From: Eukaryota sp. TZLM1-RC
Lineage: Eukaryota; Protista; Metamonada: BaSk clade
Reading direction: 5' to 3'
NCBI GenBank assembly: GCA_040285825.1
Contig: JAUPSS010000011.1
Location: 186,001-250,000, forward strand
DNA: 64,000 nucleotides
Shown: positions 57,001 through 64,000 of the stretch, piece after piece
How the letters are laid out: every line of letters starts with the position of its first letter
How positions within the stretch are numbered: the first letter of the stretch is position 1
Notes under the pieces: generated by a model
What the model saw: only the letters and a program-made list of their open reading frames with translations
What the model was told of the DNA's origin: nothing
The model's database searches: none
Position numbers and translations under genes: made by a program

Positions 57001-60000
57001 AGAACCTAGTAGACTCATCAGGAAGTTGACGAACGATATCTTCAGAACAAAAGATAGGTTCCAAGTACATCCATGCCTTTTGGACCAACAACCATTGCTC
57101 AATAGTGTCCTGAACCAAATGTAATTCGGTTTCGAAAGCTCTCGCCCGGTCTTCGAACGGTTTAATAAAAGGGGAACCTCTTATAGTTTGTACATTTATA
57201 ATTTGCTCGTCTAAGATGCCAACAACGTCATCAGTACCTCGAAGAATAAAGGTTTTGCTTTCATGTGGTTTAATGTCAAACTCAGTTGAAACCCATTCCT
57301 TTGACATTTTATCCAAATTGTGCTCAATGTTAAACTCTCGACCGGCAACAGCAGCAATCTCTTGTAAATCAGAAATATGCTGATGAACTCCCAAATCAAT
57401 CAAATCTTGCAGGCGAAGATCTGGGGTAGGCCTAATGGGAATCCCAACAACAGTGGAGATACGCTTGTCCCAATGCCTTGCTTTTAAGCCAGGAGCTCTC
57501 AATGCCTGGACTACCTCAATGGCTGATTTGAACTCTGCTAATCGATCTCTTAATGAAGTTACAACTTGATTTGGCATAGGAACCTCCTTGAACGTTCTTA
57601 AACGCTTAACTAGAGACTTATTCCATTGCTGGACTGTATCAGTAATAACATTAGGGTCCAGTGAGGTAAAGACGTCGTTTAACCATAGAGGGATTTGCTT
57701 ACCAATAGCAGCAGCAGTTGTCCAGAGTAAATAATACTCCTCAAAGGTTTTTTCAATTTCCGAAAACAAAGAAAAACAAGTATTATCCATATCAAATAGA
57801 GATTCTCTTGAATTAACCAACCTAATCTTCTCAGCAAGAGCACTTAGCTGTTCCTTAAGCCCATTAACTCGATCTTCAAGATCAGGAGCAGAACCAACGT
57901 CACCCTCATGTTGAAGATCGTCGATAGAGTCGGAGATTGAGGATATCTCGTCTGATACTTGATCCCGGAGCTGCTCAAGTTCAGTAATCATTAAAACTCT
58001 TGTCTGATCGAGCCTGAGTTCCTGTTCAACCAAGCAATCAGAAACTCTTCTAGACCATCCAAGTATTTCAGTGTAAAGGGATATAGTTTCATCAGAATGA
58101 GGATGAAAAAATGAATCTAATAGATTAATTTGAGATTTGATTTGAGTAATGGTGTTTCCAATTTCAGCTTCAGTGTTGGGTAAATTAGCAATAAAGAGGC
58201 GTAACTCGTGCAACTCTTCTGGGTTCTCTGGCGATTCTTGCAGTTTTGATTCAATTTCAGTATATTGGTGAATGACACTTTTGCAAGAATTGAAAAGACT
58301 TTGAGCTATTTTTGACCTAAGAGCACTGGAAAATTCTTGGGCCTTCTCCATTATGATCTGTTGTACACGTTGACAGTCGACTAAAAGCAAATCAAACTTA
58401 ACAACAGAAACAAAGTCAAAGGAAATGCGTCGAAAAGCATCATCATGTCTTGATATTTCATTAGAAAGAGTGTCAATGTCAATAAGCCCAAAATCAACAT
58501 CATCAATCTGGACAATTCTGACCTCTTCTTCTTCTTCGTTGAGCTCCTCCTGGGTGTCAGAGTCGTCATCCAAATTTTCATCTTGTGATGTTTCTTCTTC
58601 TTCTGCATCTTCTTGTTTAATACAAGATTTATAAAAGTTAATTAAATACTGTTGGGGAGTTTGAATTAAATATTCTTCAAAAGATTTAAATTGGTCTAAA
58701 AATACTGAGATTCCTTTAAGATAGTTCTCTAATTTCTGGTACAATGCATTCCGTTCATTGTCATATACATCACAAGAAAAAATCTCTATGGGTAGATGAT
58801 CCTCAGGAAGATTTAGAGCGCTCAAAACTTGGTGAGAAAGTTCAGGAATTAACGTGACCGTGGATAAAGCGCTGTCAAACAATGAATCTACCGTTTGAAG
58901 GACATCATCTAACGAAGGAACAAAGAAGAATGGTGATTTGGTAGGCGTGGTGTCATCTGAAAAGGTACAATCAAGGCATATTTTAAATAAAGGTAAAACT
59001 TCTGGTTTGAAATTTACATCGAAACTGCAATACTCTTCATTTGAGGGTAAATACCTTGAGATAAATTGAGAAATCCTACCTACACTTCTTAATAACATCG
59101 TTTTGAGTGCGTCATTTACGGAAAAGTTTAATACTTTGAGCAAAGCACCAACCTTGCCAGAATCATTATTAATTAATTCAGATATATTATTTCTAGGGGT
59201 TTTTCCAGGAATTCCAGTTTTAATCAAGCTTATTAAATGAGCAACCGATTTTTCCAATTCTTGAGAGACAATTCCTGATATCTTTGGGCAGAAATCCCCA
59301 ATAATGTAGTCTCTAGCAGATGTGGAATGCATTTCCTGACGGTGTTGGAAGGAAAGCAAATCTATAGGTAATAGTAATCCTTGTAACTCCAAATCAACCA
59401 AAGGCCTCTCTTCTAGTAGTCTCAACAGTGGTATATAGCGTCTAAGAGCATTAGCAGCATCTGGTCTAGCAAATAAAGCTGCTGAAGACAAATGTTCCCT
59501 AATTGAGTTGAAATGATAGGCAGGAACAGTAACCAAACCCTTTTGAGGTACTGGTTTTGGTTTCAAATACTGATTTGGAATTTTTAAACCTTGATAAATA
59601 ATGGAAAATTGATCATCTTTGAGCTTGTAACTGAGGGAAGCCAACTTCATTGATTGAGTAAAAGAATGCTCGACTTCCTCTTTTAACTTATCAATCAAAA
59701 ATGAACTCTTATTGATCTTTTCAAACAAAGTATTTAAATTTTTGATTCTTTTGTCTCCTAAATCAGGCAGGTCATCATTAAGCGAATCAGCAACAATTAT
59801 AAACCTAATCAATTCTTCTGCACTAGACCTCCTTTTTCTAGCTTCATTCCATCTTCTCTCCCATTCTTCTTTATCTTCCTCATCAAATAAGAGATTAGCT
59901 CTGTTAACGTTGGGCTTGGACGAACCATTAGGCCATTCGAGGGAGTACTTCTGGGTAGTGACGTCATATGACGTGACTTTGCAAGGTTTCCAAGAGTATG

Positions 60001-60490
60001 AGTCAGTTGTGTTGTCATACCATTTGGAATGTGCAGGGAGGGGGAAAGATGCAGAAGTAAAAGGATCTGTTTCATAAGGATCAAAGTAGTGGAGTGGAAG
60101 AAAAGGAGTATCTGTGATGGAGGTAGAATCAATAGCAGCAAGCACAGAGTTGATTTGATCCTTGTAGATAAGATGTTCGGTCATTGTGGGAACATGGTAG
60201 TCTGGAGGGGGTTGTAGAGGTATTGGTGAAGGATTTGGTTTGGGTAGACTGGTGTAGACAGGGCTGAGATGGCGGGCAGAAGGGGTGTAATTTGATGCTA
60301 TACGTTGGGAAGGAGAATCTGGCAAGTGTGACTCAAGAAGCTTCTGGGGAATGTTGCGTGGGGTAACAACTTCATCTGACAAAGATGGAGAATGTTGTGA
60401 TAGTCGTTCTATATTACAAAGGACAGTCTTTGTAGACTGTATTAATCTGTTGAGCGCCTTAGAGAACTCCGGGGGAGCACTCATTGACAT
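48044..60490 (-). CDS. DNAH1: Axonemal inner-arm dynein heavy chain, DNAH1-like
   Basis: P-loops GPAGTGKTET, GLPMSGKS, GPTGTSKT, GVGGSGRQS; C-terminal TLSTTGLSTNF..HWIKRGTAL; N-terminal LPLHYFD..RANLLF.EED is typical of DNAH1; intronless. Subfamily call is less certain than the family call. Confidence 0.85.
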   Translation of the reverse strand: MSMSAPPEFSKALNRLIQSTKTVLCNIERLSQHSPSLSDEVVTPRNIPQKLLESHLPDSPSQRIASNYTPSARHLSPVYTSLPKPNPSPIPLQPPPDYHVPTMTEHLIYKDQINSVLAAIDSTSITDTPFLPLHYFDPYETDPFTSASFPLPAHSKWYDNTTDSYSWKPCKVTSYDVTTQKYSLEWPNGSSKPNVNRANLLFDEEDKEEWERRWNEARKRRSSAEELIRFIIVADSLNDDLPDLGDKRIKNLNTLFEKINKSSFLIDKLKEEVEHSFTQSMKLASLSYKLKDDQFSIIYQGLKIPNQYLKPKPVPQKGLVTVPAYHFNSIREHLSSAALFARPDAANALRRYIPLLRLLEERPLVDLELQGLLLPIDLLSFQHRQEMHSTSARDYIIGDFCPKISGIVSQELEKSVAHLISLIKTGIPGKTPRNNISELINNDSGKVGALLKVLNFSVNDALKTMLLRSVGRISQFISRYLPSNEEYCSFDVNFKPEVLPLFKICLDCTFSDDTTPTKSPFFFVPSLDDVLQTVDSLFDSALSTVTLIPELSHQVLSALNLPEDHLPIEIFSCDVYDNERNALYQKLENYLKGISVFLDQFKSFEEYLIQTPQQYLINFYKSCIKQEDAEEEETSQDENLDDDSDTQEELNEEEEEVRIVQIDDVDFGLIDIDTLSNEISRHDDAFRRISFDFVSVVKFDLLLVDCQRVQQIIMEKAQEFSSALRSKIAQSLFNSCKSVIHQYTEIESKLQESPENPEELHELRLFIANLPNTEAEIGNTITQIKSQINLLDSFFHPHSDETISLYTEILGWSRRVSDCLVEQELRLDQTRVLMITELEQLRDQVSDEISSISDSIDDLQHEGDVGSAPDLEDRVNGLKEQLSALAEKIRLVNSRESLFDMDNTCFSLFSEIEKTFEEYYLLWTTAAAIGKQIPLWLNDVFTSLDPNVITDTVQQWNKSLVKRLRTFKEVPMPNQVVTSLRDRLAEFKSAIEVVQALRAPGLKARHWDKRISTVVGIPIRPTPDLRLQDLIDLGVHQHISDLQEIAAVAGREFNIEHNLDKMSKEWVSTEFDIKPHESKTFILRGTDDVVGILDEQIINVQTIRGSPFIKPFEDRARAFETELHLVQDTIEQWLLVQKAWMYLEPIFCSEDIVRQLPDESTRFSKVDSLWRSVMERVSKGPNVFNICNDEALLQSFTEANESLEIIQKGLSDYLETKRQAFPRFYFLSNDGLLEILSETKDPKKVNPHLRSCFEAIDKLEFSEDNSGITAMYSAEGEKVLFDQTVNPTTLIEKWLTEVETVMRSSLRKVVNDALVDYSKTPRSKWVLKWPSQVVLAISQIEWTRGVTEAMINNGVDGLVEFKKQLDQQLNEIILLVRGGLKESERITISALIVIDVHNRDIVAKMANEGVSSPDDFLWLSQLRYYYEQSTILIKQVTATVEYGYEYLGNTGRLVITPLTDKCYVTLMSAMQLYLGGAPAGPAGTGKTETVKDLAKALAKQCVVYNCSDSLDHLAMAKFFKGLVSSGAWACFDEFNRINLEVLSVVAQQILTIQSAIKAHSAVIDFEGSRIKVNPNCAVFITMNPGYAGRTELPDNLKALFRSVAMMVPDYSLISEIVLMSFGYFEARLLAQKLVHTFQLGSQQLSSQDHYDFGMRAVKTVLTAAGALKKAFPDQDEDILIYRALCDVNLPKFLEQDVSLFLGIITDLFPKTKLPDPDYDLLLSSINDVIADLKLQPHPEFIKKVVQLYETVMVRHGLMTVGLPMSGKSCIVKVLGEAMTRLVGKSENFTTVHRHYLNPKAVTIGQLYGYRDELSQEVVDGLVGVLVRNASRDRSRDRHWIIFDGPVDAVWIESMNTVLDDNKKLCLPSGDIIQLTPHMTMMFEVADLAVASPATVSRCGMVYCELSVLGWRPLFDSWMDQFPQALEDQKELILKFVDFFIDDCAEFVRKNVKEPVATSPQILVRSFTNIINSLIAEYLASPDQIEKLGSRNLNISMEAVLIFSLVWSFGATGLLQDRKDFNAFINEKLGSKEYKVACPLPRNQSFYDVCWNFDQADWIDWYQTVPEFSIPTGTPFHEIIVDTVDTIRSSYLLEILIKSKVPVLFTGPTGTSKTVVMKKVLHEVLDKDKYLPSSLGFSARTDCNQVQDIVDSKIDQKRRKDVYGPPLGHNAVIFVDDLNMPKKEIYGAQPPIELLRQWMDYSGWYDRKQLVFRKLVDIQFVSAMGHPGGGRSEITQRFTRHCNLISFTSLNSETLTRIFSKIFSWFTDGFSSEIRNLSSSIVESSVYLYNSISENLLPTPSKSHYTFNLRDVSKVFQGIMQGSTTTIKSGVDLVSLWVHEASRVFKDRLVDDSDRKWFDSIIDTTLKEKFRGVDLSELEESSSLFGSVLNPSSDPIVYEKLPELTQLRSVIGDFLEDFNSTTQNPMQLVLFEYCLTHVLRVSRILNQPFGHALLVGVGGSGRQSVARLASFVCDLELFEVEVSRNFGVNEWREFVKGLMKNSGFADKPTVLLLSDTKITNEAFLEDVNNLLNSGEVPNLFIQEEINEIIEGLGEEAQKQGKSVDRQSVWNWFIDRCRRNLHVILCLSPVGDSFRDRLRMFPSLVNCCTIDVFASWPEEALRSVASEFLQDVDLAPEVYEKAVKFTVSVHSSIEKQAEKFFSEYKRKVFVTPTFFLELINTLKSLYHQQTESISSQIDRYTTGLGQLSSTSEQVKEMQVELTELKPKLVTAAKETDDLMTRITADQAVADEKKQQLEVETAEVEKLVKEAETTESECNAALEVALPALHSAVKALQNLNKGDVVEIRSMRNPPKPVRLVLEAICIMKQVKPVRKPGTKEKDYWEPSTKMLANVTEFFNSLYQYDFDNIPSSVISNIVPYINSPDFHVKVITQASVPAGALCEWVHAVYKYHVVVEEIAPKKKALEEARKQLATLQKELQAKRNNLDEILASIDKLTENYNDAVSRKKELEDRYDTCNKQLERAVKLLDGLKDEKVNWSSSLGKLKALFENIVGDLLLSSAAIVYLGPFNQIFRDRIMQSWIELLSELEVAMTENFSLSNCIGDPVLIRSWNINKLPPNKFSVDNGIIASNSMKFPLFIDPQGQAARWIKLMEGSNGLVVAKPTDSDLIKVLERAVQFGKPVLIENFGNEIDPGLDPLLLKQIFTSGGMLHIQLGDTVPYDENFKLYMTTKLANPIYPPEIAAKVCLINFCITPTGLEDQLLSTVVQSWEPSLEEQKGELILQKAKYAAEQDELETKILNLLVRAEGNILDDDVLIETLGQSKITVKKIEDDMKVAKQTELQIDKKRELFEPIARSVSVLFFCISDLSLIAPMYQYSLDWFINLFKNALEKAPESVDGVKVPDLLVLRGSGEKKRKGLTVVEKRLTSLNHYFTNSLFLNVCRGLFSGDKLLFSLLLCSRIMISRGLIQDAEFLYFLTGSTSIEKPSNPNPNHDIFDEKVWKDISDLGKFEAFSGLVEDISNNTSLWSQWMDSVSSDRDELSSLNLPNNWSSKISFFQQLIILKILTPDKLIPILSQFIEFQLSKEFIEIPQFTLAEPFEDSSPSIPLVFILSTGADPVSDLMTFADQKKMSGSKFLSVSLGQGQGVVAEQFIKNGIESGKWVLLQNCHLAPSWMSRLEELVEELDSNVHPDFRLWLTSMPSKDFPVSILQKSVKLTNEPPTGMKANLLRSYTSFSDEFLSDCSKPVAWRRLLFCLCFYHAQLLERRRFGGVGFNIPYEWNDSDRKVSISHLHLLLEKYEEIPFEAISFLVASIHYGGRVTQALDQRVVDLMFTDLVNANVLLDDHQFAKYGTMTLHEIIHDISNLVFDSPAEVLGLHPNAGVSFSLNETINLCNSLLVLQPRSSSSAGSSEDTTYNIISTILDNLHPLFDAELIAEKYPIKYEESMNSVLNQEVARYNKLLAVMFSTLKELKKALKGVVVLSSALEEMSISISNNQVPSIWDNVAYPSLKPLSSWIEDLSHRLAFIDSWIEGGLPVAFHISSLFFPQGFLTGLLQNYARKHVVSIDQISFSFVIIDKKPEELTCHPEDGCYVYGLYLEGASWSAEENSLIESPPKELFSEFPVIHLLPVVNRTKPETGIYNCPLYKTLTRSGTLSTTGLSTNFVVNIELPTNKPEGHWIKRGTALFCALRS

Positions 60491-61001
60491 TAAATGGAAC
60501 AAAAAGTTGAACTTGGCGGAATTCAAACAATTTGAATGAAATAAATGCCTAGTGGATCTAAACTAGTGTCTCCTGTATGGCCATTATGTCAATCTGGAGC
60601 AGCAACGATGTGTCACATTTTATGCAGTTGTCCAAGTTATCAAATGCCTGAACTATACAATTTCACATATTTTGGTTAACCTCTTACATCATTTCCTAGA
60701 TCATTATGATGGTTACTGCTTACACACATATCAATAAGTAAATTTCTCTTTGGTGGGGGCTGAATTAAGACCTGATCCAACTTGATCTTGTCTCAAAGAA
60801 TACAGATGAGAAAGAAGGAAGTCAGTCTTGATTTGTGAGTTTACATCATTGATGGAACAACATTTAAATAGTAAACATGCATTAAAAAGTACGAAATAAC
60901 AGAGTTTTGAATTGTTGTTGTCAAATTTATATTTCGTTTTGAAGTTTCAGCAAGAGGAATAGTTGCTAATGGCTACTTTTCATTGATGAAAAGATTACTC
61001 A

Positions 61002-62909
61002 TTCCAAAGTCTATATCGTATTTTCAATCAACATATTGCACATATTCTAATTTACATTTTGATAATAACATTTTGAGTTCATCAAGTGGTGTAAAGCAAG
61101 GAGATCCGTTAGGACCTCTTTTGTTTTGTTTGACCATTCATCCTATTTTACTGCAAACTCAAGAGATGTTTCCTTCACTAACAATGATGACATATATGGA
61201 TGATGTTGTGCTTATTGGTGATTTAAATAGTGAGAAACAAGCAACTGTATGTTTTAAAGAATTATTTACCAAAATTGGTATCTGACTTAATTTACCTAAA
61301 TGTGTTTTGTTATCGAATTCTCCAGTTTCCACAATAGTTGATGGTATTGAAATTCAAGCCAAATTATATTCAATTGATGCTATTCGTCATTTGGGTTCGT
61401 TTTTAGGAAATAATGATGAAATTACCAAAAAATTGTTTGAAAAGTTGAACTCAATTTCTGACAAAATTGACCGAATGATGAATTTAGATATAAAAAAACA
61501 CATCAAATTTACCATTATAAGACTGTGTTTTAGTTCCAATTTTAATCATATATTTCGATCTACAAATCCTCTCGTCACTAGACCTTTGGCTCAGCAGTTT
61601 AATGAGTTACGTGTAAAAGTTCTGTCTCGATTACTGGGATGTAAAATGTTTCAAATTCCAGATCATGCTTACCTTAGTCCACATTATGGCGGTTCAGGGT
61701 GGACGAAGGCTTCTATTCTTACCTCGTGTGCTTTTGTTGGTGGATGCAGAAATGCAATCTTTGAGTTTTCCGAAAGATTTGCAGATTGGGAAGATTTATT
61801 GATGACAACGCAAAGTTCCACTGTTTTTGCATTAAATGAAGAAATTTCAAAAATTGATGTAGAAAAATGGGGTCGATGTTTTCCCCAATCATTCAATGGC
61901 AATATTCCAGAAAAAAATGTTTTAAATTTGAAGTACACTCTTCGAACATTACAGAAACGATTGACTGGAATGTATGAAAAAGATCTTTATAATAATATAT
62001 GCAGCTCGGCTGTTTTAAATCAAGATCTTCACTCATTGTTATTGGAAAAGGGTGTTTGTGAAAACAAGTCGTCAGATTGTTCACTTTTTGTAACCATTGT
62101 ACCACGAAACTTTGGATTGTGTGCCACTAATGAAGCATTTGTAACAAAAATGAGATTATTTTTGAACATCCCCATTAATCAATTATTATCAAAAGAAAAA
62201 TGTATTTGTTCGAATTCACCTCAACTCACTTTGCGCCATGCTCTGAATTGCTCTAAATTGATAACTTATCGTTCTTCATTACATGATGCTGTTAGAGACA
62301 CTGTTTTCACTATGGCACAAACTGCAAGGATATCGTGTATCAAAGAGCCCCTGCTGAAGGAAACACTTTCTCTGAATAATTTTGGTTCTGATGATAGAGG
62401 TGATGATGTATAGTGTGATTGGATTGATAATTCTGAAGCTATTGTTGACTTTGTCTCATGTAATGTTGCAAATGATACTTTGGTTCACAGAAGAAAACTT
62501 AATCCTGTCGCTGCTCTGGATTTTAAAGCAAAAGAGAAACATTGAAAATATGATAAAGATATTGAAGAGGCTAATGTCGATAGAAATACACAGCTGGTTT
62601 TTATTGCTTTCCCATTTTCGATAAATGGAAGATTATCAGTTGAAGCAGGAACTTTTTTGAATGACTTCCAAAAAATGGTGCAAAAAAACAATGAAAAGAT
62701 TTGATATTTTTCTATGGCGTTCACGGATTCAATTTGCCATAATGAATAGATTACCACGGTTTTTCAATCGAATAGGAGGAGCTTTAGCTACACAGCAAGC
62801 AGATCAAGATTTTGTAGAGGAAATCTTGGTTCAATGATAGTCGTCCCATTAGTTATGAGTTAATTTAATTAAGTGCGCAAATTCAATAAATACAATTTTC
62901 CAAAGGCTA
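61002..62909 (+). mobile_element. 5'-truncated CRE-like family A retrotransposon with 12-bp TSD, inserted in a family C repeat
   Basis: GVKQGDPLGPLLF, YMDD, zinc finger and RLE with a few stops/frameshifts; TTCCAAAGTCTA at 61002-61013 and TTCCAAAGGCTA at 62898-62909. Confidence 0.92.
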
Positions 62910-63687
62910 CAATGAAAACCATCTGTAAAGAATTAGCATTTCAAGCTCTCAAATGCTCGTCCCTAACCTTTTCTGCTAGAGAATCTCGTATGCGGTCAGC
63001 TGATGGAGCAAAATGATAGAAAACACCATGGGCCGCGACTTAAAAATGTTACAAGCTGAGTATTTCACGTTGATTGCCAAAACGAAAAATTGATTTTCCT
63101 ATTAAACAAACGATATTGATCCACAGTTTCGGCATCATTATAATAGGGTTTCGACATTTCCAAGTCCCCCCGTTGTAGAGAGAAGTGTCTAGGTTGTGTT
63201 TTTGTTTTAGCTTCAAGAAAGAAGTATTAGATTTGATTTCTAGAAATCAAAACAACTCCTTCAAATTACTGTACGATTTTGTGATAAAACCGATGTCAAT
63301 TGCCAATTTCAACAAGTTTGGTTTTCAAATGGAGATTCATTCTAAACATTCGCTATTACAAATGTTGACCAACTAAATTTAAAAGGAAAAGTGATTTACC
63401 AGCAATTCATTATGTAACATTGATATGGAGACTTGAAACCCAATTTATTCCATCCCTTTAAGCAGGCATAACATTCACGGGCGTTTGTGCACCAATGTAG
63501 GACGACAGAAGTAAAAGAATACTTACTAATATTGATCTCTTCACCGACAATAAAAAGAGACTTACTAAATGGTCCGATTCAATATAAGGAGATCAAAATA
63601 CAACTGAGATCACCAGTTACGTGGATGAAGAAAGTTAGAACAGTATAAGAGAAGAAATCCTTTATTTTATCAAAAGCAACCCCCTCA

Positions 63688-64000
63688 ATGTATCAAGGAA
63701 GTAACTATATACAACAAGAACCTGCCAATGACTTTTCACGTAGGGAGGCCACCAGTCCTGGTGATCTGTCACAAACTATTCTAGTGGATTCTACAACGTC
63801 TCCGTCATCCCTTTCATTACAAACAACGTCCTCTCAGACTGACAACACTACATCGACGTCTTTTTACCTAGAACAGCTTCTTATGTCTTACCACGATAAT
63901 GATGCTGCACCTAAACAGAAACAACCCTCACAACTAGAACAACAGCTTATGATCGCCAACTCTACTCTCATGAACGAACTCCATTCTCATCAGACCATAA
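63688..64000 (+). CDS. Hypothetical protein, S/T/Q-rich N-terminus, runs off the window
   Basis: ATG at 63688 with no stop to the window end (104 codons: MYQGSNYIQQEP...). Confidence 0.4.
   Translation, partial: MYQGSNYIQQEPANDFSRREATSPGDLSQTILVDSTTSPSSLSLQTTSSQTDNTTSTSFYLEQLLMSYHDNDAAPKQKQPSQLEQQLMIANSTLMNELHSHQTI

Noticed and set aside
48820-60539. Short antisense and alternate-frame ORFs within dynein and other long genes
   Set aside because: Shadow ORFs with no motifs.

Overview
AT-rich, gene-dense nuclear DNA of a flagellated protist (axonemal dynein, CEP164, TTAGGG-type repeats). The taxon cannot be fixed from sequence alone, although the tiny introns with fused branch point/acceptor are metamonad-like (inference). 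Conserved genes: RFC small subunit, RAD51C, IleRS, LPCAT, NOT4, a CH-domain class I PI3K, an F-box protein, CEP164, a HEATR3/Syo1-like protein, cathepsin B, TauE and a DNAH1-like dynein, plus a U6 snRNA gene and a decayed duplicate. Intergenic blocks are full of mobile DNA: CRE-like RLE non-LTR retrotransposons (three with target-site duplications) and at least four Fanzor (eukaryotic TnpB) sequences. Highlights: (1) a Fanzor at 44.1-45.1 kb followed by a ~190-nt four-domain RNA with GNRA tetraloops, and a divergent copy of the same fold at 25.1-25.3 kb, a candidate new omegaRNA family; (2) nine 26-34 nt introns that all have the branch A exactly 7 nt from the 3' end, one of them a GT-CG intron next to a 4-nt micro-exon in IleRS; (3) a 2.35-kb inverted duplication of a PIN-nuclease gene whose copies differ in amino acids only in the nuclease half and which brackets a retrotransposon nest; (4) an interstitial telomeric tract joined to a truncated Fanzor.
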